Assembly (NCBI GenBank): GCA_020536535.1
Contig: JAHLWZ010000805.1
Coordinates: 1-64,000, forward strand
Source of the DNA: Pelomyxa schiedti
Taxonomy: Eukaryota > Protista > Evosea
Direction: 5' to 3'
DNA length: 64,000 bases
Shown here in pieces: positions 22,001 through 32,067 of this stretch. The position numbers and the translations under genes were made by a program. The notes beneath the pieces were generated by a model. The model was not told where the DNA came from. It ran no database searches and saw nothing but the letters and a program-made list of their open reading frames with translations. How positions within the stretch are numbered: the first letter of the stretch is position 1; the number at the start of each line of letters is the position of its first letter.

Positions 22001-24584
22001 AAGTAAACCACATTTGCTTGCTGTAACAAACAATCGTATATTGATCATCAAAGGAGAAAAGGTATTTCGAAGTGGTATTGTGATCTCCTCATTTTTTAAG
22101 GTTGTTACTGAAGGTCACTGCTTTGCTCTCACGGAAGTTATCAGTAACAGCCCCACAGAGGTATGCTATCCGTGGCTCAGCAAATTATTACCCTTAAATA
22201 TTGTTCTCCAGCTGAAACTGGTATTCAAAAACTCGGAACTTGATGTTATAGGCACAATGCCCAATGTGGATGCAGCTATCAAGTACATCAAACGCGCTTT
22301 CAAGCTCAACTTCTGTGGTCTGAAACCTGACCAAAGATTCAAAGTAACAGCAACACCTGCCAAAAGGTAGGGAAGTTTGTCTTTGTTGCCTTCTAACACA
22401 TTTTAAGGGCGAAGCAGATGGTTGTACCAGGTTGTTCTTGGACCAAGTGGAAATTACGTGGTTAACACCTCATTAGATCACCCTTGTGGCGGTTTTACTC
22501 CCACTTACAAATCAATGTGTGATTTCCTTGAACAACCTTGTAACATGGAAGTGTGTTGGTATGTCGACCACATGCCAAAAGGACATAAGGAGTTAAGACT
22601 AGGCAACTTCCAAGGTGACCCTCTGTAACCTCATAATCTCCCTTAAATATCCCAGAGGAAAGCGATGATCCCAATACTTCTGATCTACCACCTCTCCTAC
22701 AGACCTTATGGTTTGTTTAGAGTATTCGTTATTTCCTCTCAAGCTCTATAGGCACAATAACTACTTCACACTTCTTGAATTAAAAGACCGCTCTAAAGCC
22801 GACAAAGCCGTTACAGCACTAGTTGACCTTGTTAGACTTAATACGAATATCACCTCTCTGATACTCACCAGCGTCTCCCTTGATGACCGAATGTTCGCCA
22901 CATTGTTTGACGCCATGGCAGGCAACTTAGGGGTTGAGTAAAATTTACACATTTTATGTTGTTTACCCTACCCCAGTGCAAAATTGAGCACCTTGATGTA
23001 AGCGATAACCCAGTGTTCGATGAAAAAGCTTTGACTGGCTTGTGCAGCTTCATTCAATCAACGAAATCTGCACGTGGCCTGGTTTCCTTAAAACTGGCCA
23101 ACACTATTGCCAATCCGAAAGCCTTAGTGATGCTGTTCAGCACTTTGGCTACAGTCACAAAGGTTTAGTATGTTTGGGGCACTTATGAGATCTCAACCAA
23201 CACAGACTTCACCTGAGAGAGCAGTATCTTTCTTAGATCTTTCCCGTAACAAGATGTCTGACGCTGTCTCTCCATTATGCCAATGGCTCAATATGGGGCC
23301 ACCTTCCCTAAGGCACCTCAATCTTGGCAATACCAACCTACCAAACGATTCGAAAGTTATTATCACACTTATGACTGCCATAAGTGCTTGCAAGAATCTC
23401 ACATTCCTTGATGTTACTGGCAGTATGTAGCATTCTACCTAGCCTTTGGTAACTAACGAAACAAAGTCAAGATAACTCAGCCTGAGGAAGCTGTACCCAT
23501 AAATAAATTCCTTGATGAAGTGTGTCCGACGTCAATAAATTTCTCTGATTGCATAGCTTCTGCACCCCTTCTTCAGGTTTTCGTCTCTACAGGAAAAATT
23601 TAGGTCTAACAGTAAACAGAGTATCCTCCCTCTCCTGAAGACTGCAGTTCAAGAACCTGTGGGACGTATGAATTTGATACTTGCCAACAACAATCTTGGC
23701 CTTGCAGGGGCTCATATCCTCCATGACTATGGTAATAATAGGAATAACAAAAGTGAACCATCCATGTTTCTAATGCTGTACAGCACCAAAAACAAGAGGG
23801 CTGCTATCTCTTGACCTTAGTAACAGCGAATTGGTAAATTGTGCTTAATAACCTCCAACTGAACAATTTTCAGGGAGATGAAGGTGTAATATCAGTCGTT
23901 GATGGCCTTATCTGTACACCTTCAATCAGAGCTGTGAACCTCAGTGGGTGCTTTGGCGGAGTTCCTAAAGGACCCAAACCAAGGAGCGAAGTTGTGCACG
24001 CTCTTGTCAAGTTAGTGACCGGTTCTTGCCAAGTAGAAAGTATGCCTGCAGCTATTTTCTATTCCCAGCTTACATCTTTAGAACTCAATGTCTCTGGTGG
24101 CGTTAAGCCGACTCAGCAGTTGGGAAAAGCAATTATTCCCTTCTTGCAAGGACTTGCCAGTAATAATACACTTACCGAACTGGATATATCATCACACGGG
24201 TTTGGCAATAGCGGCGCACTGGCTCTCGCCGGTGCTTTGCAGGTTTGTAGTTCACCCAAAAAAAATCAAAGTATTTCCTACACCACCATTAGGTTACAAC
24301 CAAGCTGAAGATCATTTCTTGGGATGACAATGTTGTTGGACTTTCTGGTTTGTACTATGTGAGGGACTCTCTCAAGTGTGCACAGGTACATATGAGTTTC
24401 TCTTTCTTTTCTTTTTTCCCCTAACAAGCCTGTTTAGACACGGAAAGTGTTGTACTCATTACATGTACCATACAATGATATACAACTCCTGATGGTAGGG
24501 AACGTACCAGAGGAGGTAAAGAAGAAAGTGAGGGCAGTAACAACTGAACTTGAGGACCTTTGTACTGTTGGCAAAAGGTTGTGA
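19009..24584 (+). CDS. RasGAP-domain protein with Ser-rich, Arg/Asp-rich and Pro-rich N-terminus and CARMIL-like PH + LRR C-terminus
   Basis: Spliced RasGAP motifs TAFRETS (arginine finger), FEVDP, FILRYINPAIFSP, RRNLTLLSKVIL, KEPFM. CARMIL-like PCGGFTPTYKSMCDF; RI-type LRRs (LDLSRNKM, LNLGNTNL, LTELDISSHGFGNSG). Stop TGA at 24582-24584. Confidence 0.82.
19670..20100 (+). repeat. Low-complexity GAC/AGG/GAG-rich coding repeat (RDR/RYYEE)
   Basis: Recurrent agggacagg and tactacgaggagagg units encoding an alternating-charge RD/RE tract. Confidence 0.8.
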
Positions 24585-24712
24585 TGGGAAAGTGTATGTT
24601 GCGTTTCGTAAATAAAAAAAAGACATGCAGTGTGTACACAAATCAATGTTTTCTTTTATTGGGTACTTTACGTTGTTGTTGCTTTGATTCAAAGAGGGTC
24701 CTGGTTTTCTTC

Positions 24713-26177
24713 TCAGTGCAGGTCGGTTGCATCAGGCGGAGCCCGGCTGATGATTGTTGGTAACTCAGTTAACTGGACATAACCAGGCCCTGTAATTACA
24801 CGTCTCCGGCGGTATAAAAACATAGCCAGTGACAGTTGCAATGTGGTCAGGAGGAGCGCAGGTATACCTTTGGTGAAGTTGGTAATAAATCTAAAAGCCT
24901 ACGATGCAAGCATACCAACTGTCAAAGAGTGATGAAGGGAAGCAGAAACGCTTGTAAAATACTCTTGATCAGACACACAATCTCTTGCTGTTATATTTAA
25001 GGGTTGGCTGGAGAGCAAGGTGGGCTCCATCACGGAATAGTATTGATTGCATTCACTAAGAGCGTAGGTACACAAACTAGGTACGGTTAGGGGTGATTTC
25101 TAGGTATTTTTCGTGCCTGTTATCTAGTTGATGAGATTGAAAATCCACGGAAACAAGCATGAACCACTGTGAAGAGTCTAAAGTAAAATTGAAGTAAAGC
25201 AGTGCTACAGTCAGTCCCACTTGAAGGGATCAGTCAGGAATACTATTAATATCGAAAATACCTGTTACGGGCCAGGTCAAAATAGACAAAGAGAGAGACA
25301 ATTTCTGTACAATTGCAGATGCGCCACTACAGTATCTGGAGATAATTCTTGGTTATGGGTACAGAAAAAAGAGGGATAAAAACTTTTTAATCCATGTTGG
25401 TTTGCAACATAGAAGGCACATGGTACAAGGGCAACAACAACATAGAGGTATGCTCAAGACACACCAGGCAACCATAGGAAGCACAAGACCCAAAATGTCG
25501 CAGACATACATCCCATCAAGTATGCTAAAGAGTATTAGGCTAATTGGAGGATAAGAAGCGAGAAAAAGTACTTCAGGGAAGGATTTTGTTCCATTTTATG
25601 CATAACGAGATTGGTTTCTACTGGATTGCAAGTATCATTTACAGTGGCACACAATTGAGGAAGCCTTTCATAAAATGAGATTACAGTGTACGTCGAACAT
25701 AATTGCTAACAGGTCTGAACTTGGATCCACGGTTGAACATAACGTTGGTTGGTCACTTATAGAGGTATTTGCAAGGAATTGGATGTCCTCTTTGGTGAGC
25801 TTTCCATAGATTCCATACAGCGTGAAACATATACCAACAATACCACATATCTTGAAACTAGATTGGTTTGGGAGTTGAACATATTTCCAAGGAGTCCACG
25901 AGCCCACAATACAAAAAAGCTCACCTGAATGATCAACTTTTTCAAAAAAGTGAGGTGAGGAGAAAAACCCTTCAGTAACGAAAGAAAAAGTTGTCACCTG
26001 TGTCACATTGTAGATGTGCCACCAAGATTTCACCGACATGGCTTTCAGTTGCTTTTTGGGGTTGGGAGACACGCAACACGGCTCCATCATCTTCTGCGCA
26101 TCGGCGACCCCGCTATCCCCGTATTCGTCGGCCGTGGGCGCCGCAGCAACCATCTCCACCGGTGCCTCGTCGACCAT
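24713..26177 (-). CDS. Hypothetical multi-pass membrane protein
   Basis: ATG at 26177; hydrophobic spliced segments (ICGIVGICFTLYGIY, LSLSILTWPVTVGLTVALLYF, GIPALLLTTLQLSLAMFLYRRRR); stop at 24713-24715. Confidence 0.6.
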
Positions 26178-26429
26178 TTGCAGCGGGAGGCCTTATTTTC
26201 CTAGATCTTTCGTTATCTCGATTTCTGACTGCCAATGCAGCGAAGTGGGTTGGAAAACAAAGAGGAAGAAAAAAATATCAAAACGAAACAAAAAGCAACA
26301 AAAAGACAAAGCGTCGTTTTTCGCCAAAGAGACCCCCCCATAAGAAGTACTGGTTCACCGCCTCCCCCGTTGTGTACCGTTTTTTTTTACCCCCCCTTTC
26401 GTATCCCACAATAGCCGCCAGCCGCCGCA

Positions 26430-29400
26430 ATGTCGTCGTCTACCACGACGCCCTCTGACTCGCCCAATTGCACCCCAGAGTCGCGACGTAGGCACCACAA
26501 CAAACAACATCAACCAACAGACCACCCCTCGTCAACGTCAACATCAACACCTTCATCACCCTCGTCCCCTGCCAAGGACGATACCTCTCAGCAACAACAA
26601 CCATCGAAAACAAGCACAAGCAACAGCAGTACCAGTACTAGTAGCAGTAACAGTAGTAGCAGTAGCAGTAGCAGCAGCAACAATAAGCCCGACGTAGAGG
26701 GACCAGCGGTCTCGCCGCTGTCTCTGGGAGGGAGTGGCGACGACGACCGGGGCGACCAGCAGAAACACCGGCACAAAAAGCACCACGGCGCAGCGGGCGG
26801 CGGTTCCTCTGCGTCGCCTTCGTCGTCTGCTGCTACCAGCAGCGGCGGGGGCACGGCGGCCCCCGATAACTCTGGCTCTGGGTCCTGCGTGGGGGGCGCC
26901 CAGTGTGGCGAGCACGGCGCGGCGAGCTCCCCGGGCAGCGGCAGCGCCCTCGCCGTGGGCCCGAGAAGCGATGGGAGGGGGGGTGGGGAGGAGGAGGGGA
27001 GCCGGTCGCCCGGGAGGAGGCGGCACGGCCACCACAAGGACGGCCCCCAAACCCCCACTGGCGACGAGGCGGCCGCGGCTGCTGCTGCTGCTGCTGCTGC
27101 TGCTTCCGCTTCTGCTGCTTCCCCTGCTTCGCCCTCGAGCAAGCAGGGGACGGGAGCGGGAAAAGGACCGGGAACGGGGGGAGACACGCAGGAGCCTGCC
27201 ACAGGGGGTACGCCGCCGAACCAGAACACAGCGGAGAAGGCCAAGTTGAGTGCAGAAGAGCACCCATCAACTGCCATGACCTCCCCGAGGCCCAAGAGAG
27301 CCAAGAATGTTGTAGATAGCACGGAGAGTGGTTCTAAACCTGCTCGGGAAGAGCCTTGCGAAGATAGTGGGGAACCGGACGACGAGAGTGACGATGGCGA
27401 TGACAGTAGCGACGGAGAATGTGATTCAGATAGCAACAACACCAGAGAAGACCAATCTGGTTCTGGTTCAAATGGAGCAAGTGCCCCTTCAGGTATGCTA
27501 ATGGTCCGGCGCCCTCCGCGGAGGCAGACAGATTCTAATCTAAAATACGAACAAAAACCTGCTCGTGACCGCACTACTTCCTGTCCTACAAGCACCGGTA
27601 CAAGGAGTAAGCGCGGGGCTGTTATACTGTCTTCTCTCCAAGACGGAGGTGCGCCACAAAGTTCAGCTGCCACAGAGAGCGAGTTCGGCCCTAATGAGGC
27701 ACATCTCTCCCAGGATATGAAGCCAAAGGTTTATCTCCTCGAAGCGTTTTCTCCTGTAACATTTTTAGATTGTTCTGGAGTTTGTCCCCAAGAATCCAGC
27801 AGGCATCATCAAGCCCTTAGCTGATCAACCCCGAATAAAAAACCCACCCAGGAACATGACAGAATTTGTTTTGGACTTTTTGTGTGCATTACGCACTTGT
27901 GTATGCCTTACTTGAACTGTTTTCCTGGCCAAAAGCCACTTGAATCACATTTGGTAGATAAACATGACTCCTATGTATATTCAGGACCCTGCTGCGCGGA
28001 GAAAGTTTGTCAGTAGTTCACTTTCTGCTTCCTCAGAATCTATTAATGCATTCCCAACTACCACCACATCGGCGACCCCAGTTTCACCACCACCTAGCTC
28101 ACTCCCAACCGAACAAGTTCAACCAGAAACGGTTAAAACAGATACGAACAAGGGTTCCCAGACAGAGTCAACAAAATCACCCCCAACACCGCACTCTCCA
28201 AGTATATCTGCTTCTGCCACGCCTCCTCCTACTCCACCCACTTCCCGGGCAAATCGTACAAATTCTGCACCTCAAGTACCTTCGCTTTCTCTTTCCCCAG
28301 CAACAGCAGCCACTACACCAGAAAAACCCCAAGAATTGGAAGACCTTGAATGCTTTCACATGATTCAGAAACACCGGATCTCAAGACCAGGAGCAAAACA
28401 TCAACTCAATGTTAAAGATTATGCTCCAATTGTCTTTGAGAAACTGAGACACCTTTATGGACACACAGCCATGGAATATTTGGTAATATACCTATCACTA
28501 TTCCCAATAAAATTATACTCAATTGGTTTAGGAGTCATGGTCAAATCCAACACCTCCTAGTTCATCAACTGGAAAAAGCGACTCTACTCTCATTTTTTCC
28601 CGTGATGGTGAACACTTGTCACTTCTTTCATCTCCTTCTAACTGCATAAACAGGGAAGTTTGTAATGAAAACATTAAACAAACAGGAAGCAAAAAGTCTG
28701 TATTTGCTTCTACCCTTTTATTACCAGGTAATTCCAAACAACAACAATTTGGCAGCCTTAAATTTTCTTCCTTTTCCAGCACATGGTCAACAATCCAGAG
28801 TCTCTTCTGCCTCGATTTTTCGGATTACATAGAATAGTGGGAAATGGCTATACCACCCATGTGATTATTTCTAATAATGTTTTTACTGGTAAAAAAATGC
28901 AAACCGTCTATGATTTAAAGGTAGGGCAGTTTGGTTTAACTCCTTGCACAAACACATTTGCCTCAGGGTTCAACAGTTGGGCGGCACACAGACCTCAATT
29001 TGAATCCAAATGCTGCCTTAAAAGATCTCGATTTCCAGAGGAAATTACCTTTTCCAAAAACTTTCCCTAAGATACCGTTCATTGAGCAAATTGCAATTGA
29101 TGCCAAGGTTTGAGAATTTGTTACCCTATTGAATTCTCCCATTTGCCACCAGTTTTTGGAAAAGCATGACCTTATGGATTACAGTCTACTTATTGGGATT
29201 TTTGATCCTCTCCACCCCACAACAAAAGTTACTAGTGCCACTCCCCCTTCCACAGCTCCAGTTTCAACCACAACATCATCTTCAACATCACCCACTGCCC
29301 CATCAACTCTAAAAGAACCGGAACCAAGCACCGAAGCCGCCACATCAAAATCGCCATCCAGATCAAAGGGGAAAACACCCACATCACCTTCAATTACCTC

Positions 29401-30162
29401 ATCACCTTCGCCTTCTGCCTCGGTTCCTCCTTCACCGGATTCATCAAGCACCACTCCAACTTTACTCCGAATTACCGCGGGCGCCTTAGCATCACATGCA
29501 CACAATATGCACAGTGGAGAAAATACTCCTCCCAGAAAAAAGAGTGTGTCTTCCCAACCCTGGAAAAGCTCAGGTTGACTTGTAAACGTAGAGGTGGGCT
29601 TTGTATGCTTCTTGGAAGAAACAGTTGCCCCACAGGTTGAACACATCTCTCACAGCAGACAGGCAGCAGTTATTAAAAACACAGCAACAACAGGTTTTCC
29701 ACAATTCATCTATCTCCACAAAAGTAGACACTACCACATACACTACATCGTACAGCACAACAACCCAACATATCTGTCATCTCAGTGAACAAAACAAAAC
29801 CAGATACAACAACACCATCAGTAACAGACCTCTCGCGAGAAATACCATGGCAGATTCTTCACGAAACACCCAAGTCAGACATGTATGTCATAAACAAACA
29901 ACCTTTCCTCTCACCCACAAATCACAATAGTAGCAACAAGTATTCTGTTGTACCAAGTAGTGAACTTCTGCCTGACGGAAACCCCAAAGAGGTTTTCTAC
30001 TTTGGAATCATAGACATTCTACAGCGGTACGATGGGACCAAGAAGTTTGCTTCTTTGGTGAAATCATTGAGACACGCCAAAGGAGGCCTTTCTACTGTGG
30101 ACCCGACTTTCTACTGTGAACGATTTTTGTCTATGGTCAATAAAATAGTAACAAATGAGTGA
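26430..30162 (+). CDS. Phosphatidylinositol-phosphate kinase (PIPK family) with a long disordered N-terminus
   Basis: VKDYAPIVFEKLR, STGKSDS..FSRDGKFVMKT, LLPRFFGLHRI, YDLK|GS, LKDLDF, LMDYSLLIG, YFGIIDILQRY, STVDPTFYCERF. Confidence 0.92.
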
Positions 30163-30371
30163 AACAAAAAGACTCACGGAATTTCTTTAAAAAATAAGTC
30201 AACAACTCACTTTGCTTTGCGTCCAACAAGACGATACAGAGAATTAAGAGAATCCTTTCGTACGATAGGTTCGCAGTTCTGCAGGGTACACCCCTTCATC
30301 CACAGAGTTCTCACACAATATCTCTCCCCGAGCAAGACTCTCCGGTCAGGCCCCAATAATAGGTGAAAACA

Positions 30372-30386
30372 TTTGAACTTCCCGCC
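30372..30386 (-). promoter_or_regulatory. CDE/CHR (E2F + LIN54-type) tandem-like element
   Basis: Minus strand reads GGCGG-GAAG-TTCAAA, i.e. an E2F-like GGCGGGAA plus a TTYRAA hexamer at 4-nt spacing, about 80 nt upstream of the predicted non-coding transcript. Confidence 0.35.
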
Positions 30387-30459
30387 CAGAATATTCCGTA
30401 AAAATGATTTGGGCTCTTTTAAACTCGGGATCTTCTTTTTTAAAAATTAACAAAGCAGT

Positions 30460-31800
30460 AAAGTACATGTGTGCGGCGGTGTGTGGGTGCGCGGCAAGCC
30501 CATGAGGTGGCAGCACGCACTAGGAGAGATCTCACGTATTTCCTCTTGTTTTTTTTTTATCCTTTGTCTCGTGGCTTTTCTTTCTCTCGCTTGTCCTGTC
30601 GTGTCGTCTCGTGTCGTGTTTGGTGGTTTTTTTCCTTGCTGTTTTGGGTTTTTTTTTTCCCCTACAGGCTCCTTTTTGTGCGCGAGATACGACGCTCTGG
30701 TGGGAGTGGAGGAGGCTGGTGTTGGGGCGGCTGGGGGTTTGGTGTGTTGGTTTTGCTGGACTCTCGTGACACGAGCGGGCTCTGACTCTCCCAAGTTTGT
30801 TTTGGGTTATTATAGTTATTATAATATTATACTGTGGGTTATAGGTTTCGTTTCTACAGTATTACCTTCTATTCTTTTTTGTTTTTTTTCGTGCAGATAC
30901 AGGTGCATTTCATTGAGATGCTGAGCGCCGCATTCTGCTGTTGCAGCTGGAAGAAGAGGGGGGGGGGGATCAACATATATCAATACCGGACGTGACGACA
31001 TTCAGTCAGTCCTAATCGGGTTTGTTGACGGCATTCAGTCTCGACCCAGATTGCCCCAGCCCACCAGTGACGACATTCAGTCAGGGTTGGGCTGGGAATC
31101 ATTTGGCTGGTGGTGACGACATTTTGTCAAACCAGTTCAGTCTTCCGTGTTTCCGTGACGACATTTTGTCAGGACCGGATTACTGCCTCGAATCCCAGAA
31201 CGTGTCACGACATTTGTGATGCTCTGGATTCAACTCCAGTCCAGTCAATAAAAGTTTGACGACATTTTGTCACGCTGGATTGGAATTCATTCCCCCTCCC
31301 CTCTCACTTGACTCCCGCTGACTTGGCTGACCTGCTTTGGCTGACTTGCTTTTCATTTCGTAAGAACACTCCCACTCCTCTACAATACAGGCACAGGTTG
31401 AAACAGGAGCAGCAGCAGCCGGCGCAGCAGCAGAGGCAGGAGGAACACTCTGGGGGGTCTCTAACCCCCAAGTAAGACCCCATTCCCAATTAATTTCGAC
31501 TCTTCTGACTTCCCTTCACATACACACTCTCCAGTGAACTTGAGTACCCCGACGGAACGAACACTCAGGTGAATTCCACTCTTCCGCCAATAAACAACAA
31601 CTTACTTTTCCCCCAGAGAACCCAGAGAGGCTGATGACAACAACTGCGGCTTTTCGCGGCTTCTTGAGGCTCTTTACGTTTCGCGATGGTCTCTCTTGGG
31701 GTCTCTTACGCTCTTTCAAGTGCACCCTCACCCTCACCCTCGCCCACACCCAGTCTGTTGTCTTTCCCCGTGCTAAATAAAACCCTTTTTTTCTTGTTAC
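30460..31800 (+). ncRNA. Candidate spliced long non-coding RNA carrying a 7-hairpin array
   Basis: Five + strand GT-AG introns with pyrimidine-rich 3' ends (30536-30667, 30795-30896, 31360-31390/96, 31472-31534, 31569-31616); AATAAA at 31776; no ATG-initiated spliced ORF longer than ~62 aa. Ends approximate. Confidence 0.55.
30988..31284 (+). repeat. Array of seven stem-loops with a conserved GACAUU(CA/UU/U) loop
   Basis: Cores TGAC-GACATT(CA|TT)-GTCA at 30993, 31026 (variant), 31068, 31114, 31156 and 31257, plus TCAC-GACATTT-GTGA at 31205. Each has its own complementary outer arms. Confidence 0.88.
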
Positions 31801-32067
31801 ACATCTCTTTTCTCGATTCCCACTACTTTATTATCTTCACCGCCGAGATAGCCGCCACTATCCACCGATAGCTTGTCAGCGGACACGGGCTCGAACTCGT
31901 GTATTTGTCAGGGGACATTTCCCGAAAGACCTCAACAGTAACAAGTCGTTGTCAACAAGCATGCTTCTTTTGTGTTCAAGCAGTTCCTACACACAACAAT
32001 CATGGCAGTGGGTGGCCAGTCAGTGTGTGTGACCCCAAGTTCTTGTTGAGTCAGGCAAAGGAATAGC

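Noticed and set aside
27078-27105. (GCT)n, plus (AGT/AGC)n near 26620-26680 and (GTT)n near 33093-33113
   Set aside because: Ordinary microsatellites corresponding to poly-Ala, poly-Ser and similar tracts.
30993-31272. CRISPR array interpretation of the hairpin repeats
   Set aside because: The repeats are only ~16 nt, the 'spacers' are self-complementary stem arms of uneven length, the context is eukaryotic, and no cas genes are present.
30993-31272. Protein-coding repeat (DDIQS/DDILS)
   Set aside because: Spacings of 46, 49 and 52 nt break the frame, and all three + frames contain stops.
30993-31272. Clustered DNA-binding sites TGAC-N8-GTCA
   Set aside because: Disfavoured but not excluded: unit 6 changes the arms while keeping the pairing and loop, and the unique outer stems with strand-specific G-U pairs are not expected for DNA sites.
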